From IMG/VR virus record IMGVR_UViG_3300042502_001732, positions 32,001-96,000 of that record: a DNA stretch of 64,000 nucleotides; one strand, given 5' to 3'. The first letter of the stretch is position 1. Every line of letters begins with the position of its first letter. Both the position numbers and the translations under genes were made by a program. Of the stretch, positions 60,504 to 64,000 are shown piece after piece. The stretch comes from a virus. The notes below the pieces were generated by a model. That model was not told the origin of the DNA and searched no databases. It saw only the letters and a list, made by a program, of their open reading frames with translations.

Positions 60504-60686
60504 TTATTGAGCTAGTTTTTGAAGGGCTTCAAGACAATCAAGGCGGGTCTTTTTTCCCGTGATTGCTTTGGCAGTTTTGAATACGAGATTGCGACTATGC
60601 CGCATTCCCATGATTTCAAGTTTCAATCCGCTGATAAGGACACGCAAGCGGTATCCATCAATTTGTTCTTTAGTAGTTAGTATCAT
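60504..60686 (-). CDS. hypothetical protein
   Basis: 60 aa after motif. Confidence 0.7.
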   Translation of the reverse strand: MILTTKEQIDGYRLRVLISGLKLEIMGMRHSRNLVFKTAKAITGKKTRLDCLEALQKLAQ

Positions 60687-60766
60687 AGCGACCTCAGTAT
60701 ATTCTAGTTTTTTATTATTAAAATAAGGGCAGTTTTATGTCATACCCAGGACATTGCTACTACTAC

Positions 60767-61270
60767 TTATGAAAGTTCCTCATAATCCTCTGTGCCAAGG
60801 ATATTGTTAGATTTTACGGTGAAACATTCGGGGCGATTTTCTTCTGGATTCAGTAGCTTTTTGCGCTCGCTTTCAGTAAGAAACTCAGCGAATGTTCCTT
60901 TATCGACCACTTGCCCATCGACATAATAAGTCGAAGATGGAAAGTGATTGTTGCCAGTTGAAGGATAAAGCCTGATATATTCAGCATCTTTATGCTCAAT
61001 AACATAGGGAAATTGTTTCCAATTACCCCATGGCAGACTTTGCACTTCCCCACGCTCGCCATTTTCAATGGCATCTTTGACGCTGGAAAGGTTAGCAAAG
61101 TTCACGCCAGCACGAACAACAGCACTTGTCACTTTTTCAAGAATGACATTCTTATGAGCGGCGGCGGGTTTGGGATTGCTTTTCCAATAGGCTTTTACAA
61201 AAGAACCTTTCGTGTTGAGGATCTTATTGATAACTTCAGTTGCGGTTAGTGATGCAGTATGTGTATTCAT
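60767..61270 (-). CDS. hypothetical phage protein
   Basis: 167 aa; LPWG.W..FPY.I.HK..YIRLY. Confidence 0.75.
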   Translation of the reverse strand: MNTHTASLTATEVINKILNTKGSFVKAYWKSNPKPAAAHKNVILEKVTSAVVRAGVNFANLSSVKDAIENGERGEVQSLPWGNWKQFPYVIEHKDAEYIRLYPSTGNNHFPSSTYYVDGQVVDKGTFAEFLTESERKKLLNPEENRPECFTVKSNNILGTEDYEELS

Positions 61271-61375
61271 AGCGACCTTAATATAATCTAGTTTCTTATT
61301 AGTGACAGTGTATTGGGGTTTGGTAACGAAACAGATTTCATTACCAAAACCAATATATTCTAGTTTTTTATTAGT

Positions 61376-62893
61376 TTATTCAGCTTCTTTATTGCCACGA
61401 GTCGGGCAATCGGTGATATGAACAAGTTTGTTCTTTGCTCGCGTGATGGCAACATATGAGAGATTCTTTTCTTGTTCTTTCATCCAATCCAAAACCGCAT
61501 ACTTACTTGGTTGAAATTGACTCATACCAAGGATATAACAGTTGTCAAATTCCAATCCTTTTGACTTGTGAATGCTTGACAGTGTGACTACATTCGGCTT
61601 TTTATAGTCGTCATTATCACTGAACATATCACTGATAAGTTTTTGAAGAGATGCAACATCATGCTTGCCGAGGGTTTGGCATCGCTCAATGAGAATCATC
61701 ATTGTATCAAATTTGTCTTCAAGCAGTGCAAGTTTTGCTTTACTAGCCTTTTCGCTTTCACGATCAAAATGCTTTTGAAGTCGAAGTGTAAACGTTGCCA
61801 AGTCTTTTACTTTCCACTTGCGAGTGAGTGTAATAAGGTTTTGACCAATGTCTTTTCCTTCGATTCTACAACCAATGCCTTCACGAATAAGCGCAAACGC
61901 AAGAGCAACAAGCGGGGAATTATTGCGACATATGATACCATCATTTTTATTAAGGTTTAATGACGGTGTAGATTTTACAAATTCATCATACTTAATTGAA
62001 GATATTTCCCCGTCGTTGTTATTTTCAAATGCTTCAATGTCTGCTACATATTCTTTAGCAGCGGTGATAATATTCTTTCCGCAGCGATAGCAAACACTCA
62101 GCGGAAGTTCAACAGCGTCAAACATAGTTTTGATGAGTTCCATGCTATTGTTTTCAGCACCAGTAAACCCATAGATAGCTTGATTTGGATCACCAATAGC
62201 AATCAATCTACCACCTGGCTTAAGCATTTTCTTGAGCAAAAGCTTTCTACAAACATTGGTATCTTGTGCTTCATCAACAATAATCCAATCATATTGTATC
62301 ATATCAACATCAAAAAGCAATGGGAAATAAAGCATATCACTGAAATCAATGCTTTTGACATCACGGTTATTAAGATCCAGTACCTTTTGGCATACATCAA
62401 TAATCGTTTCCAAGCTCACATCAGCATCAATATCAATATCATTATGCTGAATAATATTGACCCAAGCATTGATATCATCAACAGTGTTGCAACCAGAAAC
62501 ACCAAAACCGTATTCTTTTGCAAAGCGAACCATATCCATGATTGCTTTACGACACTTCATAAGTTCCCCTTCTTGAGTGAAATACTCAACAAAGTTATAA
62601 ACCTTGGAGTTATTAACACTCATTTTGCCTTTTGCTTTGGCAAGACTTTTCAATGATTCACTATGAAAAGTAGCAGCACTTGCATTGGGATAACCCATAG
62701 TAACAAGACGATTTTGCAATTCAGTTGCAATTTTCTTGTTGAAAGCAAGCATCAAAACATCACCGCTCATACGATCAACAGCATTGATAGCAGTAGTAGT
62801 TTTACCACTTCCCGCTTTAGCATTGACAATCGCATTGCCAGTTCCTTCAGATACCCATTTATATATATTTTCTTGATAAGTAGATGCAAACAT
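61376..62893 (-). CDS. UvrD/Rep-like SF1 helicase
   Basis: AKAGSGKTT, VDEAQD, GDPNQAIYGFTGA, SIHKSKGLE, YVAITRAK. Confidence 0.92.
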   Translation of the reverse strand: MFASTYQENIYKWVSEGTGNAIVNAKAGSGKTTTAINAVDRMSGDVLMLAFNKKIATELQNRLVTMGYPNASAATFHSESLKSLAKAKGKMSVNNSKVYNFVEYFTQEGELMKCRKAIMDMVRFAKEYGFGVSGCNTVDDINAWVNIIQHNDIDIDADVSLETIIDVCQKVLDLNNRDVKSIDFSDMLYFPLLFDVDMIQYDWIIVDEAQDTNVCRKLLLKKMLKPGGRLIAIGDPNQAIYGFTGAENNSMELIKTMFDAVELPLSVCYRCGKNIITAAKEYVADIEAFENNNDGEISSIKYDEFVKSTPSLNLNKNDGIICRNNSPLVALAFALIREGIGCRIEGKDIGQNLITLTRKWKVKDLATFTLRLQKHFDRESEKASKAKLALLEDKFDTMMILIERCQTLGKHDVASLQKLISDMFSDNDDYKKPNVVTLSSIHKSKGLEFDNCYILGMSQFQPSKYAVLDWMKEQEKNLSYVAITRAKNKLVHITDCPTRGNKEAE

Positions 62894-62961
62894 GTGACAG
62901 CAGTATATTCTAGTTTTTTAGTAGTCTTTTTTCTACAATTCTAGTTTTTTAGTAGTGGATA

Positions 62962-63660
62962 TTACTCTGGATTCACAACAAATCCCGTATCATCTTTCTT
63001 GGCTTTGCCTTTATCAACAAGACCAACAACACAATTACTAGGATCAAGAAAGCGAAGATCATTGGTATCACCATCAACAACAACCTTATTCTTGTAAGTA
63101 GCAGGAAGTTTTTTGCGAAAAACAACAGCAACATTGCCACCCATACTCATAATAAGATCAGTATGAGATTCATTGCTTTCACTACGAGAGAAAGTAAGAT
63201 GATAATTCTTTGGAAAATTACCATTAACAAACTCAATCATACGCTTTACATTCTTGGTATAATCATAAAATACAACATCGGGAAAGTGTTGCATCATATT
63301 CTTGCCTTGAAACAAGACATTTTCCCAAGGAATATCACTTGTAAGATTGAATCTAAAGCAAGGAATCATATCATTCTTCTTTGCTTTTTTAACAGCACTT
63401 TGAATTTCTTTATACAATTTAAGCAAGAAATCTTGTTTATCATTAAAGAAATACTTGGTTTTATTGATACGAGATTGTTGAACATTTGAATAAACACCCA
63501 TGCCAGCGGTATTAAGACAAGCAGCCGCACAACCTATTGATGCAAATTGACAAGTGTTATAACCAGACAATTTAGCAGGAGCTAAATGAATACCATTTGA
63601 ATAATAACCAAATGATTCACCTTTTTTGATTTTTGTATTTGCAGTAGTGAGTAGTTTCAT
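62962..63660 (-). CDS. GP88-like protein
   Basis: C..AS.GC.AACL..AG.G, RFNLTSDI.WE, FYDYTK, DGD..DLRFLD. Confidence 0.75.
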   Translation of the reverse strand: MKLLTTANTKIKKGESFGYYSNGIHLAPAKLSGYNTCQFASIGCAAACLNTAGMGVYSNVQQSRINKTKYFFNDKQDFLLKLYKEIQSAVKKAKKNDMIPCFRFNLTSDIPWENVLFQGKNMMQHFPDVVFYDYTKNVKRMIEFVNGNFPKNYHLTFSRSESNESHTDLIMSMGGNVAVVFRKKLPATYKNKVVVDGDTNDLRFLDPSNCVVGLVDKGKAKKDDTGFVVNPE

Positions 63661-64000
63661 AGCGACAACAATATAATCTAGTTTTTTATTAGTTTCGATT
63701 CAATCGTGATGATGAATATCAATAAAACAATATGATGATTTATTGATATTGATTTCAATCATGCGAAATCATTATGATCTAGTTTCTTATTAGTTTTTAT
63801 ATCTTTTTCTATATTGATATATAAACTTATATCTTCAACTATGATAATCTAGTTTTTTATTAGTCTTTTTATCCTTTCTACTATCTGTTTATCTTTGTTT
63901 TATTTTTTTAATTATTATTGTCTTTATCATTGATAAAATTTGCTATATCATTATTAGTTACGCTACGCGACATGTTTTATTCCGTAACTCATTGATAATC

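Larger units (their letters stand above)
54485..63865 (-). repeat. dispersed motif, 26 copies, ACYARTWARAAACTAR + -10-like hexamer (putative phage promoter or unit boundary)
   Basis: + strand (C/T)TAGTTT(T/C)T at 54487, 54747, 54990, 55216, 55474, 55712, 55941, 56108, 56260, 56623, 56716, 56817, 58497, 58635, 59143, 59420, 59969, 60135, 60704, 61288, 61360, 62910, 62941, 63678, 63779, 63849. Confidence 0.92.

Noticed and set aside
54485-63865. CRISPR array interpretation of the repeated motif
   Set aside because: Spacing ranges from 30 bp to 1.7 kb, intervals hold whole genes, the repeat is degenerate, and no cas genes are present.
1-64000. Stop-codon reassignment
   Set aside because: Core genes (portal, capsid, NrdAB, helicases) are full length under the standard code; TAA, TAG and TGA all end genes.

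Overview
AT-rich segment of a large T4-like tailed phage genome (myovirus-type, probably uncultured, Gram-negative host). 1-10 kb: glycosyltransferase, methyltransferase and nucleotide-sugar cluster with a GIY-YIG homing endonuclease. 10-35 kb: GroES-like, DinG-like helicase, then structural genes (gp15-like, portal gp20, neck gp13, gp4, DUF285/BspA repeat protein, protease gp21, scaffold gp22, major capsid gp23, Hef-like endonuclease, gp5-like hub). 35-45 kb: ClpP, NrdAB, more glycosyltransferases, lysis genes. 46-54 kb: late genes, many sharing an acidic N-terminal peptide like the T4 capsid-targeting sequence, plus an outer-membrane beta-barrel. At 54.2-54.4 kb a 4-copy AT-rich tandem repeat marks where the two transcription directions converge. 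The most striking feature is 54.5-63.9 kb: a minus-strand array cut into units by 26 hand-counted copies of a motif (ACYARTWARAAACTAR followed by a -10-like TAnnnT/CATAAT). Each unit holds one or a few small ORFs, a micro-peptide or a non-coding structured element, including a non-canonical tRNA-like RNA and two paralogous candidate sRNAs. All three promoter classes (sigma70-like, TAAATA late, and this motif) sit so close to start codons that many mRNAs look leaderless. Family calls come from motif recognition, not database searches.
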